A stretch of DNA of 64,000 nucleotides from NCBI RefSeq assembly GCF_006345805.1, contig NC_042998.1:43648001-43712000 (forward strand), in the 5' to 3' direction. This document shows positions 14,201 to 26,514 of the stretch, one piece after another. A program made the position numbers and the translations under genes. Within the stretch, counting starts at the first letter, position 1. The number at the start of each line of letters is the position of its first letter. Below the pieces are notes generated by a model. It was not told where the DNA came from. It saw nothing but the letters and a program-made list of their open reading frames with translations, and ran no database searches. The stretch is from Octopus sinensis (taxonomy: Eukaryota).

Positions 14201-14328
14201 TTTCTACTCTAGGCACAAGGCCTTGAAAATTTTGGGGGTAAGGAGGCTCGTCGATTATATCGACCCCAGTGCGTAACGGGTACTTATTTCATCGACCCTG
14301 AAAGGATGAAAGACAAAGTCGACATTGG
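14201..14328 (-). mobile_element. Partial copy of the major SINE (tail type ...gtgcctagagtagaaa)
   Basis: Shares gaccc(c/t)gaaaggatgaaag(g/a)caaagtcgac and the tail with the copies at 20749, 47204 and 62750. Confidence 0.8.
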
Positions 14329-15010
14329 TAATGACAACAGATACACCTCATGGTATCCGAACCTCCTGAGTTGCGCTTACGCATTCTTGCTATCGTAAAA
14401 GCAGAGAACCATTGATTGGCTCGTTAGGAACCTATATGTAGCCAAGGTGGCTATTGTTTACAAGAACATGACAAAATCCGAAGGTTACTGTAATTTGCAG
14501 TCAATCAAGAAATCGAAGTCTCAGGATGCATGTATATAAACATTATTGTTAGAAACATAAAAGATACGTGTTTAGTCAACTGTGAAGTTTCGTGCCGTAG
14601 CCACGAAAACAAGCAAAATATTATCAAGGAAAGAAATTGTTATCGCTTAATGTATAGCATCTACGAAAACCGACTAAACGAAAGACGTTGAAAGAGTTCT
14701 TGGAATATAGAATTTGTGATGAGTGATGTGACAATAAAAGAAAATATGATATTATTCTTTGGTGAAACAAGTATCATCATGTTAGTAAAATATGATCTGT
14801 TGCCCTATTAATGTTGCGTATATCCACCTCTGTCTACAGTGCTGTGGAGAAGATTCAGTCTGCGTATCAACAGAGGATTGTGTTTGAGATAAAGAAACGA
14901 AAATAGAGGAGTGCTGTAAAAGGAGACAGGTTGACAGCAAGGGAAGGTAATTGAGAAATAGATAATAACAGAGCTTTATATAAAGTCTACGAAGATAAAA
15001 GTGGAGGCGG

Positions 15011-15012
<2 letters not shown>

Positions 15013-15093
<81 letters not shown>
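15013..15093. repeat. (GAAA)n(GA)n
   Basis: Read directly from the sequence. Confidence 0.95.
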
Positions 15094-15099
<6 letters not shown>

Positions 15100-15951
15100 A
15101 AGTTTGACGTAGAGAAGCATTTTTAAAGCAAAAGATATGTTATTTATTAGTTTCGCAGACATGGGTTCTTGCATTGAAATGGTGTTGAATATGGTGTTTG
15201 CTTGGGTCTCTAAATAAGAACATATGTACATGTGTGTGTAAGTGTGTGTGTTTTTGTTTGTGTGTGTGTGTGTGTGTGTGTGCGTGTATGTGTATGTGTG
15301 TGTCATTAGTTAGACAAGCACACTCGAAAAAAAAATCAGATACAGAAAGCTATAGAAATCATATTTGCAATCGATCAAGGTCTTTCTATTTATAGATGAC
15401 TTAAGTCCCAATCACTTAATTCTATGCAAGTGTACGAGAGACATGTAGTTTCAAACTAAATACGTATAATCTTGTACAGAACCGAAGATAGCCGAATGAA
15501 AGAAGTAAAGAGTAGACATCCGAAAGCTTGTTATTTCATAATCAGTCACTTCACTTCACATTGCTTTTGTGCATTTAGATGAAAACTAATACCAGCAGCA
15601 GTGGCAACGGTAGCAGCAGCTGAGGGTTAAAGCCTACGCTGGACCGGCGCCCTGTTCAAGGAAAAGTTTTGTAGTTTTAGTCGCTGAAATGTCACAGAAC
15701 GCGGGATAAGCTCCAGTGTAAAGAGGCTGTAAATTCAATGTTTATTTAATCACACTGCTTTGAATTAATCATGCATTATAAGGTAGCTTCGAGATTTCAA
15801 TGAAGTAATTGTATACTTTTTGAATGAGATAGCAGGCTAGGTGCAAGAGGCAAGATATGGTCGTTCTGAACATAGAGCAGGCAGAGTTTTGGGGCCGGAT
15901 ATTGTCGATTAAAATGCTAAAGTATTAACTAGCGGTATAATTAATTGTTGT

Positions 15952-16358
15952 AAGGCGGCGAGCTGGCAGAAACGTTGGCACGCCGGGCGAAATACTTAGC
16001 GGTATTTCGTCTGCCGTTACGTCCTGAGTTCAAATTCCGCCGAGGTCGACTTTGCCTTTCATCTTTTCGGGGTCGATAAATTAAGTACCAGTTACGCACT
16101 GGGGTCGATATAATCGGCTTAATCCATTTGTTTGTCCTCTCTGTGCTCAGCCCCTTGTGGGTAGTAAAGAAATAGGTATTTCGTCTGCCATTATGTTCTG
16201 AGTTCAAATTCCGCCGAGGTCGACTTTGCCTTTCATCCTTTCGGGGTCGATTAAATAAGTACAAGTTACGCAGTGGGGTCGATATAATCGACTTAATCCG
16301 TTTGTCTGTCCTTGTTTGTCCTCTCTGTGTTTAGCCCCTTGTGGGTAGTAATGAAATA
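15952..16358 (+). mobile_element. Major tRNA-derived SINE as a head-to-tail dimer (full copy 15952-16174, 5'-truncated copy 16175-16358) with a 21-bp TSD
   Basis: A-box tggcagaaacgttgg, B-box gagttcaaattcc (16026-16038). TSD ggtataattaa(t/c)tgttgtaag at 15934-15954 and 16359-16379. Confidence 0.92.
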
Positions 16359-17091
16359 GGTATAATTAACTGTTGTAAGCAGTGGACACGGCTTGCTGCG
16401 ATTCCTATAGACGAATGTTCGTTGTCTTGATATTTGAATGATGAAGGCAGCTAAGTGTTGACTTGTCAGTATGTGTATTTTCATCGGTGACAACAATATA
16501 ACATGCTAGCTTGACAGAAGTCATAAAGTATTAGTCTGTACATTAATCAAGGGAAGTATACACAACGCTTCTTATCACATTAAACACCTACTCACAATTC
16601 ACACTACTACATACTCTGTTTCTCCCTATGTATATAAAGCGTCGAATTTGTGATGGTTGTTCCTTCATCGATAACTGATGAGGGATGAACCTGTCTACAC
16701 CTTTTGTATATTTTTCCTGTTTTCTGTGTGTTCCTTCGTTATCGTTTTGTGCCACATTTGACATACATACATACATACATATTCATTGATTGATTAAACA
16801 TTTCCTAAATTTTGATCAAATTGTCTTGGAAATGAACCAGAATTTACTCTGCGCATAATCACACACCCACCCACACACAAACGTGTACATATGTGTATAT
16901 GTAAAAAAAAAGCAGATAAATGCATAGAAGCGTAGGCGTAAAGAGTTTATTCGTAGGGAAGATTGTGAATACAAATATACAAAAGAAGAGCGTTGTCTTA
17001 TCTTTACTTAGTGACTATACTGTACTTGGTTTAACATTTTGCAACACACTTTACACACACACTCACACACAAACACATATATACATATGTG

Positions 17092-17124
<33 letters not shown>

Positions 17125-17126
17125 TA

Positions 17127-17636
17127 TGTCACACGTTCGGATGACCTCTACTCAACTCCACTCTTGACGCCAAGTTTTCTCCTTCTATATCTACGTACTG
17201 GGCTAGCCTACTTCATCGTCTGGGGGCGTCCACGCAACACCTCCCCCTTTTGAGTTTATTTTTAAACCCGAATTTATCAATTCTATTTCTTATCCGGTGA
17301 GAAACTGGCATATCTTTTTCTCTTAGCATTAATTTCCATCATTTCTTTAGGTTTTCTCTTCCTGTTCGACCTACGTGTCGGTTCTGCTTTTGCTTGTGGT
17401 TCTGGGACCTTGAACAAATCATACCATAAAGGTCTGTACCGTTTCAAAAGACTGCCATTTGGGGTAAAGGTCGCACCAACAATATTTCAGCAAGTGATGG
17501 ATACTCTGCTAGCAGATTGTGAGTTCGCAGTCCCATACTCGGATGACCTCTATTCAACTCCACTCTTGACGTCTAGGCTTCTCCTCTATATCTACGTATT
17601 GGCTAGCCTACTTCATCGTCTGGGGGCGTCAACACA
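17127..17636 (-). mobile_element. Rearranged Ty3/gypsy LTR-retrotransposon remnant with ~113-bp LTRs
   Basis: TG...CA LTR at 17127-17239, preceded on the minus strand by the PPT AAAAGGGGGAGG (17240-17251). Integrase C-terminus PTRRSNRKRKPKEM..KK* (17283-17410, -). RT fragment HKGLYRFKRLPFGVKVAPTIFQQVMDTLLADCEFAVPYSDD (17411-17547, +). Second LTR copy at 17539-17636. Confidence 0.85.
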
Positions 17637-18479
17637 TCAGCATGTATGTAAGTATAGTCGTCCAAGAATATGTAAATAAGCAAGAATATGAACCCGTTTA
17701 TTTGTCAATGGAGTTGGGTGCTAGAATGGATATATTTCTGAAGAGCAGGTCACCAGTTAACCACCACGTCATGTAATATCCCGCTGTCTAATACACAATG
17801 CAAAACCGATCGGTAAGATCAGTTGAAACAGGGTTTTATTATTCTGTATAGTTTGATTAATATACACACACATACATACATACATACATACATACATACA
17901 TACATACATACATACATACATACATACATACACACATATATGTAATGAGAAAGAGAGAAAAGTGGGAAGGAGAAAGTGTGAAGTAAGTGATTAGGATAGA
18001 CAGATGGATACAAATTTATACATTTTATTTCAACCCTCTAGCGTAGATACTGGTACAAATGGCAAAAAATGTCAAGTATCAGACTAATCTTCTGCAGCAT
18101 TATCAATGTATATATATATATGAGATATGTGTATATATTTACGCACATATTCATATATATGTAAGAACATAACAATGTATACCTTTGTTCGTCTTCCAGT
18201 CTATAAACTCAACCGCCATCCAATCCTTTTGGACCCTTCCTAAAATTATCTCTAATTAATATTGAGAATCCTCATTCCCTCTCTTTTTAGCTATAATGGC
18301 CAGGTAAGCCACACACCTGCATAAAAGGGACGTAGATTTACTTTCCCTTATGCAAGAGAACCTACTACCTTTTCCACTCAACAAAGCTGCCGGCCTTAAC
18401 AATCTTATTACAGCGTTCCACAGAGTTATTCCCGTCCTGTCCAACAACTCTCTTACGTTTTATTAGACTCTGTTTATCC

Positions 18480-19400
18480 ACTTCTCACTCAGGGTATATC
18501 TTGAGCTTTTGGAAACGCGTGTCTCATTGCCAAAAAGAGCATTTCGTCTAACTTCGTAAACTGTCATCTCATCACTCTACCTTCAACATCGAAACCCGCA
18601 ATTGAGTCGACCCTCAACAATGAAAAAGACTACCTTGCATTTCTCATACCCCTTAATAATAATCACTACATCTTCCACAAAGTCGGATCGATTGGAAGTT
18701 ACTCTCCTATATCACTTACCAGTGGTGTATCTCCCTCGTTCAGTTATGTGGCAATAAAGCTGGTACGATCAATATTAGTGAGGATTCTTACCACGTATGA
18801 AATTTTCGCAGTTCAATTGCCTAACAATTGCCTTCACTGTCTCATGCATTTTGGATTGGTTGCTTCCAGTCAGATAGCAACAATGTTGCATGAGCTGATG
18901 GAGATCTCCCTGATCAATAATGTATCATGTCTGGTGTGTTGCAGGTTTTCGTCTTGTCCCCATAATCTTTCTCTTTTGCATCTGCAACTTAATTACTGAC
19001 ATCTCCAAAAATGCCCACTTTCAGAGAGACGATATCATCATTCAGTCTTCTGTACCTATTCCCCTCTCGGCGACATCTACATGCAGCCCGGGGAAGTCAT
19101 GCTAATTCTGCCCTAACTCTGTAAGCAGAGATCTAAACAACGTCCAGTGGTTTCAAACAAAGCGTGACTTCTTCAAACAGAAGAGTGACGCTATCCTTTC
19201 TCATATAAAATAAACATCCTGCCTACATCACACAACTACAAAGCTTAAGGTTGCTATAAATGCTAGGACTCACCATCAGTTCTAATGAATGAACATATTC
19301 AACATTGTCAAAATGTCACCTCAAAAACGTTTTCCTCTTCAGAGCCAGATCAAATGGTTAAAAAGCCTAATTAAATGGTGTGCCCATACCTAGAGCTGTG
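18480..19400 (+). mobile_element. Degenerate CR1/L2/Jockey-type LINE reverse transcriptase fragment
   Basis: SYSPISLTS (like NYRPISLTS), SGVLQVFVLSPIIFLFCICNL (like SGVPQGSVLSP.LFL.FINDL), FQRDDIII (like YADD) and LNMLGLTISS in the expected order, with many stops and frameshifts. Confidence 0.8.
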
Positions 19401-19414
19401 CTGCTGTTGCTGCT

Positions 19415-19622
19415 ACACACACACACAAACACACACACACACAAACACACACATACACACACACACACATACACACACACACACACACACCACACACACA
19501 CACACCACACACACACACATACACACACACACACACACAAACACACACTCTCTCTCCCTCTCACACAACTCTCTTCCTCTCACGCACACACACACACACT
19601 CTCTCACACACACATACGCACA
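19415..19622. repeat. (CA)n/(CT)n compound tract
   Basis: Read directly from the sequence. Confidence 0.95.
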
Positions 19623-20188
19623 CATTTAAGAGAACACATGCACATTTAAGCGAATATATTTAACCGAACAAATGCATGCACGTACATACAGGTTTATACA
19701 CATATACCTTAGGACGCCTGGAAAGAGGACATTTAGCGGATTAGCAAAAAGTGGTTCCCCAGCATACTCCAAACACAGGCACACTATGTGACTCTCCCCT
19801 CTCTGCTTTTTATACCACTACTTACAGTGGCTTCTGCTCTTTGGAGTCGGCAGGTCACAAGCTCAACCACTCAGACTCTCCCAGCTTACTCCTCTCTACT
19901 TCTCTAGTCACTTATATCTTCTTCCCCACACAATGATGCGCAATTCTTCAGGCCTTTGGAATTTTAACTCCGCTTATATTATTTCTACGGTGGTCAGCTT
20001 CTAGCTATTTAAGAGGAACTCGAGGATCATCTTCAGCGGTCTCAGAGCTCCAAGTTCTCTCTTTAGACAAGGCTGCAATAAGAAATATGCAATAAATACT
20101 CGATTTTAGTATCACTATTAGTTGAATATAACCGAATGCTCATTGTGTAGGATTTGTTCTCCATGTTTTTATTGTTGTCTAACTCCAG

Positions 20189-20255
20189 GTGAGACCTACA
20201 CAAGCCGACGTATGATTGATGACATTCCACAGTTGGCCGCCCCATCGATGGGAAG
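20189..20255 (+). CDS. Candidate internal exon, 67 nt, phase 1 to 2 (GETYTSRRMIDDIPQLAAPSMGR); gene unidentified
   Basis: Pyrimidine-rich acceptor tttttattgttgtctaactccag, donor GAAG|gtatga, open frame and higher GC than the flanks. No homology recognised. Confidence 0.4.
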
Positions 20256-20748
20256 GTATGATTTGCGTTAGACTAACTGCTATGTCTTGTAGATTAACCA
20301 AGTAGTGATTCTCTCGCTGCTCCTGTGTTTTGCTACTTTACTCACTAGACAAATTCTAATTAGAGATTTCTAAGTTTAGATTATTTTAATTCCGGTACTG
20401 ACAATTGAAGATATTAACACTATTAACCTACACCAACTATCTAAGCTTTCAGTCGAAGGTAACAAAACAGACTGATAGACTCTGTGTTTCCTCGTCGAAT
20501 TAAATACTAAGTGGTATATTTGAGTAATTTACTTTCTCTTTGACTCTATCTTTCGTTAATTCATTGTGTTATACATTTCCTTGTGACGTCCAGAATAAAC
20601 TGGAAAAGAGCCACTATTCTAAATATTTACTGTGATTCTACTAAGTCTTTGCTCAGACTTCTTTGATTATAATCGCCCTTGGATAAAGGCAGATATAACA
20701 GTGCAAAAACAGTCCCTATCGATAATAATGATAATAATAATAATAATC

Positions 20749-20962
20749 CTTTCTACTAGAAGCACAAAGCCTCAAGTTAATGGGGACGGGGACAGTCGAT
20801 TACATCGACACAAGTGTTTCACTGGTACTTAATTTATTGACCCCGAAAGGATGAAAGGCAGAGTCAACCTCGGCAGAATTTGAACTCAGAACATAAAGAC
20901 TGACGAAATGCCGCAAAGTATTTTGCCTGACGCGCTAACGATTCTGCCAGCACGCTGCCTTA
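20749..20962 (-). mobile_element. Major SINE, full length, (ATT)n tail
   Basis: Reverse complement of the 15952 head and core; tail ...gtgcttctagtagaaagg followed by (ATT)n. Confidence 0.88.
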
Positions 20963-20964
20963 AA

Positions 20965-21958
20965 AAATATATAAAAAGTAATAATTACAAAATTACCACC
21001 ATAGGACTACAGAAATACCTACTTCAAAAGCAAGGAAAACTAATACAAATAGCCACAAAACATGAACAAAACAAAAAAGCTGTTCTCTGTTTTTAAGGAA
21101 GCTGACAAATAGAAAATAGAAGTCACAGTACCTTACAACTATGAAGAAAAAGAAGAAACAACAAAAGCCTTAGAACAGCTGAAATCCAAACTAAAACTGG
21201 AACAGCAACGGATCATGATAAAACGATGGCAAGAAAAGCTCCTACATAGCAATTATTGGGTTAAGCTTAACAGAAAAGAAATAGACAAAGCAAAATCCCA
21301 ACAATGGTTGAGAAGTTCAGGACTCAAAGCAGAGACTGATGAATGTTTAATTGCAGCACAAGATCAAAGCCTTCCAAATAGAAATCGTCAAAAACACGCA
21401 ATGAAAAGAAATACAAGTAACTCCAGAATATGTGGTGATGGAAAAGAAACAATAAATCATATTGTTTCTGCCTGCCCAGTCCTGGCTTAGATGGAATGTA
21501 TCCACAGACACGAGAGAGTTGGGACCTATATACACTGGAAGTTTTGCCAACTCTATGGAATAACAAGAGAAAAAAAAAGATAGTATAGGCACACCCCACA
21601 AAAGGTCACAGAAAATGAGAATGCAATCGGGGATATGCCAATACTCACAGATAGAGAAATTAAGTCCAATAGGTCAGATATAGTTGTCAGCCATCCCCAA
21701 GAAAAAAAAATGCTTTCTAATCGATGTATCAATACCAACAGATGACAACGTTTCTCTAAAAGAAACAAAGAAACTTTCAAAATATAAAGATCTGGAAATA
21801 GAGGTAACTCGAATGTGGGGCCTAAAAACAGAAACAATTCCTATTATAGTAGGATCATTAGGTATAATAAAAAAATTCAGACAAATACATAAAAAAGGCC
21901 AGGACTTACATAGAGAAAATAGCACTACTAGTCACCGCACACATTCTATGTAAAACAC
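20965..21958 (+). mobile_element. R4/Dong-clade RLE non-LTR retrotransposon, 3' portion (pseudogenised)
   Basis: WQEKLLHSNYW, SQQWLRSSGLKAETD..IAAQDQSL, CCHC-like knuckle RICGDGKETINHIVSACPVLA, RHERV..YIHW, RSDIVV..KKCFLIDVSIP..KLSKYKDLEIEVTRMW..IPIIVGSLG and IALLVTAHIL. Confidence 0.92.
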
Positions 21959-22258
21959 CCGAATGGATGAAAGGCATAGTCGATCTCGGTGAAATTTGAA
22001 CTCAGGACGAAGCATCGGGCGAAATACCTATTTCTTTACTACTCACAAGGGGCTAAACACAGAGAGGACAAACAAGGACAAACAAACGGATTAAGTCGAT
22101 TATATCGACCCTAGTGCGTAACTGGTACTTATTTAATCGACCCCGAAAGGATGAAAGGCAAAGTCGACCTCGGCGGAATTTGAACTCAGAACGTAGCGGC
22201 AGACGAAATTCTGCTAAGCATTTCGCCCGGCGTGCTAACGATTCGGCCAGCTCGCTGC
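21955..22258 (-). mobile_element. Major SINE head-to-tail dimer (full copy 22029-22258 plus truncated copy 21955-22028)
   Basis: The junction gtagtaaagaaata|ggtatttcg is the same as at 16174/16175. Confidence 0.88.
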
Positions 22259-25200
22259 AATAATAATAATTCTTTCTACTGAGGGCACAAGGCCTTGAAA
22301 TAATAAGTCCTTATGCATATTATTTTCATATGACTCTGATAAATTCCAGTCATTTAGTCACATTTGCCTTGTCGGTGTATTCGTCAAACTGAATCACAAA
22401 CTTAGCACTTTCTTTAATTCTGCTCAAATTATTGAACATTTCTGCAATTCCTTTACATACTGTATTATTTGAAATTCGATTTTTCTAATTTCGCCTACAT
22501 AGTTCTTTCTGCAATAGTTCCTTTGAATCTGTCTATTTACTGATGGCAACACAAGATCTTCATCAAAGTGTATGTCTTATATTTTTAATTAAACATCGGA
22601 CCCTATAATATACTCTTTTATTATGCTTCTTTTTAAACTAGTGTATGGTTTTCAAAGATTTTCTATTTTTCAAAGATTTCTGTAATCTTTAGTAAGCATT
22701 AACGAATTACTTCTATCAGAAACATAACTAATACCTTTTTCATTTAGGAGGCTTCATAATTTTATTCCTACGTATTCCAAACAATTTAAGCCGATTTAAC
22801 GGCTCTCTTCGCGTCTAAGAGCAAAAATAAACATATGTAGTAAAAAGATTCGCTGTACTTCCTTTTTTTATTTTGCGGAGCATTGTTCGGCTTCCACAGT
22901 TTGGTTCACTTTCCGATTCTTGTTCCTGCATACACGTTCTACAGGAACTATTATTCAATATTAAATTTAACCATTTATGCATGGGAAGGTACTTTCAATT
23001 CTGTGCAATAAAAATTAATACTTTGTAAATAACTATAAAAATAAACTGAAAACAATCAGTAACTTGAATTAGCCAAGAAAAATCTATATTTATAAGTATT
23101 TAAATATCATAAATTCGAAATTAAAGACTTATTTTTATAAGTATTGAATTGATTTTTATGTGATATAAAGTTCCTATGGAAATTGAAAAATCGAAAAATA
23201 TAGGTCATTATTTCTGGGCCTTGGGAGTAAAGTGTCCACCGTCGAAGTTAAATTATCTCAAAAGGCATCTACTGTTGCACTATATCTCATTGCTTGTATA
23301 TGAAACATATTTCTTGATGGTAACTTCACGTTCATACATGTAAACACACATCGTTTGAACGCCACTCATTAAAAAACAAAAACAAAACAGCAACAAAAAG
23401 CTCACTTCCCCCTTCTTAGATCGTTAATATACGACTGAACGAAAAAGAAAGGGTGCCAATTGTTGCAAAGCACACTATCTAACATGCTTCAAATCATTAT
23501 ATAATCAAAATTTCATTATACTAAACTAATAAAAACGAGTGTTGAAAAAAAGAGAAAGAACGATTTTATTTGTAGATGGTTGGTTGCATCATCGACAAAA
23601 AATTTTTCCTCATATTTTCCCTTTCTGTTTTTATTTTTTAATATTGCAGTAACCATTAGATGTGGTCGGTCTCGGTGAATAATACCTCGTAAACTAAGCA
23701 AGAACAGAGAAACAGAGAAAAGGGTTATGCAGCTCTTTGTTCTGTTCTTGTACAGAATTCGTTTTATATTTGTATTTTATTTCTCATAGACAAAATTTCT
23801 TGCGTGTATATTTTAAGCATTCTTTTTTTTTTTTATATTCAGATAAAATACTCTCATAAAAAAAAAAGCAAGCATTTTTGGTAATCTCTATGAATATTCC
23901 GTGATTTCTGAAATTTTTTCACTACACCCTTTGGGTAGCGACCCATTGTTCAAGAATAAAATAAGTGAACTAGTTAAAATAAAATATTTCACCTGACCTT
24001 GTTTTATCTTGACCGTTTCCAATTTGTTCTCTCTAGCAATGTGTTCTAGAAAACACACAAGAATGCAATACGATTTAATCTCGACAGAAACACCAAAATA
24101 GTCGCTCACACACGCATACACACTTTCACATACAATCTCTCTTTCGTTCTCTCTCACTCTCTCTTTCTCTCAGTCATCCTTTGTCTACTGCCTTCTCTTG
24201 CTCTCTGTTACAGGTTCGCTATTCATGCTGTCCATTCATTCACTCCCATGCACACAATTATACTTTTTATTGAAATTGGCATTTACCATAATTCTTCCTC
24301 TTCTCCGTTTTTTTTTCTCTCTACTTTTAACCTGCTTCCACCCCTTCCTTTCCACTTTGCTCTTTCCTTTCTTTTCTATTATGCATTCTTACTCTTAAAT
24401 TTTTGCAGTCCGCATTTCTTCCCTTTCTTTCTTTTTTTTCGGAGGTCAATACGAGTTGGCACTATTATCACTTTGGCACACTGAAGTATCTCTGTCACCG
24501 CTGTTATAATGGTTTCCTTTCATTAAAGATAAGACCTGCGGAATAAAGTAATGAGATATAGTGTGGTGAATTAATGCCAGTCGACATTTTGTTGTATAAG
24601 GTTCACATATTTATGGGAATTGACACTTCATCAAGTAAATAAAAGTTCTCTTGAGTCAAAGAACATCTTACACACACAAACACACACACTCTCTATACAT
24701 ATATGTACATATACGTACATACAAATGCACACACATACACGTACATATATATAGGTGTGAGTGTGTATGAATAAATACTCCTTGACACACATATAACCAT
24801 GTGTGTGTGTGGTGTATGTGTGTGTGTGTATGTGTGTGTGAAGGGGACGTATTTATATATGCCTTACATTATGGAGGCTATAGTGGAGATTTAGCAATAA
24901 TATTTTACGTTTTCTTGCATTGCAAGGTAAAAAAAAAAGATGATCTAACGACAAACAAGTAGCCTTAATGTTATTGAAGTGTGAGCTATATTCGCAGGAA
25001 GCTTTCCGGCCCAGCGCTTCAAGCTAACAAAAGACTCACCAATTATATCGTGGTGCATAAGCCTAGAACTGCAGCTATTAATGTAGCTGAAATTTCAACA
25101 CAAAGGAGGGCTCGCTAAAGATTTCGTCCTCTTCTAAATGGTTCTACAAAATCTAAGGTATAAGAATGGTGGTTAAGAAGTAGCGTAGTTGCTGCTGCTC

Positions 25201-25290
25201 TTGTTAATACTGGCTTCTGATGCGTCATCACTCCTATCATTTTCCCTTTAGCAAATTTAATGAATACATGTGTTAGCTATCGTCTAAATC

Positions 25291-25371
25291 CGGTGTATGG
25301 ATCAGTGGTTACGACATTCGATTCACAATCGTAAGGTCTTGAGTTCCATACCCGGCAGCGCGTTTTGTCCT
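25291..25371 (+). mobile_element. tRNA-derived SINE head fragment
   Basis: A-box-like tggatcagtggttacg and B-box-like gagttccataccc. Confidence 0.55.
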
Positions 25372-25782
25372 CGGCTCTTCAACCAGTCATTCAAGTTAGA
25401 GCTAGAAGAAAAACGACCATCTTTGATTTCGAGACGACGGGTGTTCTTCGATCAAGATAATGCTTGGTCACATACAGAGAGGATGGCATTCGAAAGGGTG
25501 GAGCAGTTTGAATGGGAAATAATGCCCCACTCGCCATATACGCCGATCATTATCCCCATCTGATTATAATTTATTCCTTAGTCTTCAAACTCATTTGGAC
25601 GGAAAAATATGAATTCTGTAGACGCGGTCAGAATAGTATCAGAGGAGTATATGCTCTTCCAGATAGATGGAAGAATATTGTAGAAAATGAAGCAGAGTAT
25701 ATTTTAGATTTAAAAAGGACTTAATTTTGAAAAATAAAAGAAGTATAAAAAAAATCCTGCATTATTTATGGAATGACCCAAT
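25372..25782 (+). mobile_element. Mariner transposase C-terminal fragment with right-end-like sequence
   Basis: EKRPSL..RRRVFFDQDNAWSHT..EQFEWEIMPHSPYTP, then PSDYNLFLSLQTHLDGK, and ALPDRWKNIVENEAEYILD (D,D34D region). Ends in atttatggaatgacccaat. Confidence 0.88.
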
Positions 25783-26514
25783 GCTTGCACGTTAATTTTA
25801 CGAGCAGGCCGTTCCGATGATCGGACCAACTGATGCACTCGTCGTCGTAACAGACGGAGTACCAGTTTATATGTGTGTGTGGTGGTAGTGGTGGTGGTGG
25901 TGGCATGTGCGTGCGCGTGTGTGTATATATATTTAGTCAAGCGCTGCATCTTTCTGGAATACTTCATTTATCATCCTGCAAAAATTCAAATGTGAATTTG
26001 CATCAACTTCAACCAATTACATTCACCCTCAAGAGTATAAATAATGAAGAACAAACAAATAAAGGCCAAAACAAGACGACCGTTTCATGTCATACTGGAA
26101 AATTTAACTGTTGGTGTTATTTTTCTTTTATTACCACTATCAAATTATCAAAGGCTCAGTCTTTGAATTCTTGTGCTGTTCATTTACAGGAAGAAAATTT
26201 ATTAGTAGTATTTTTTGGTTTAGCTAAATTTCAAAGAATCTTTCAGTTTAATTTCATTATTGTTTGTTAAGATGCTTAAGGCTTTCAGCGCACTCTGATT
26301 CTGCATGCATGTGTATATGTATAAATACAGAGAGAAAGAGAGAGAGAAAGAGAGGGAGAGAGATGTGAGAGAGCAAGGGAAGAAAGTGAAACAGGCCCAC
26401 TGATCTGTCGAGGACATTTTTATTGATTTCTAAATACATTTATGCATGCATGTATTCCATATGTGCCCCCCCCCCATCTTGAACTATTGACTGAGTAATG
26501 CTTTCTCTATACAA

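Noticed and set aside
16640-16700. Hairpin tccttcatc/gatgaggga with CTGATGA, a possible decayed hammerhead
   Set aside because: The GAAA box and stems cannot be assembled on either strand.
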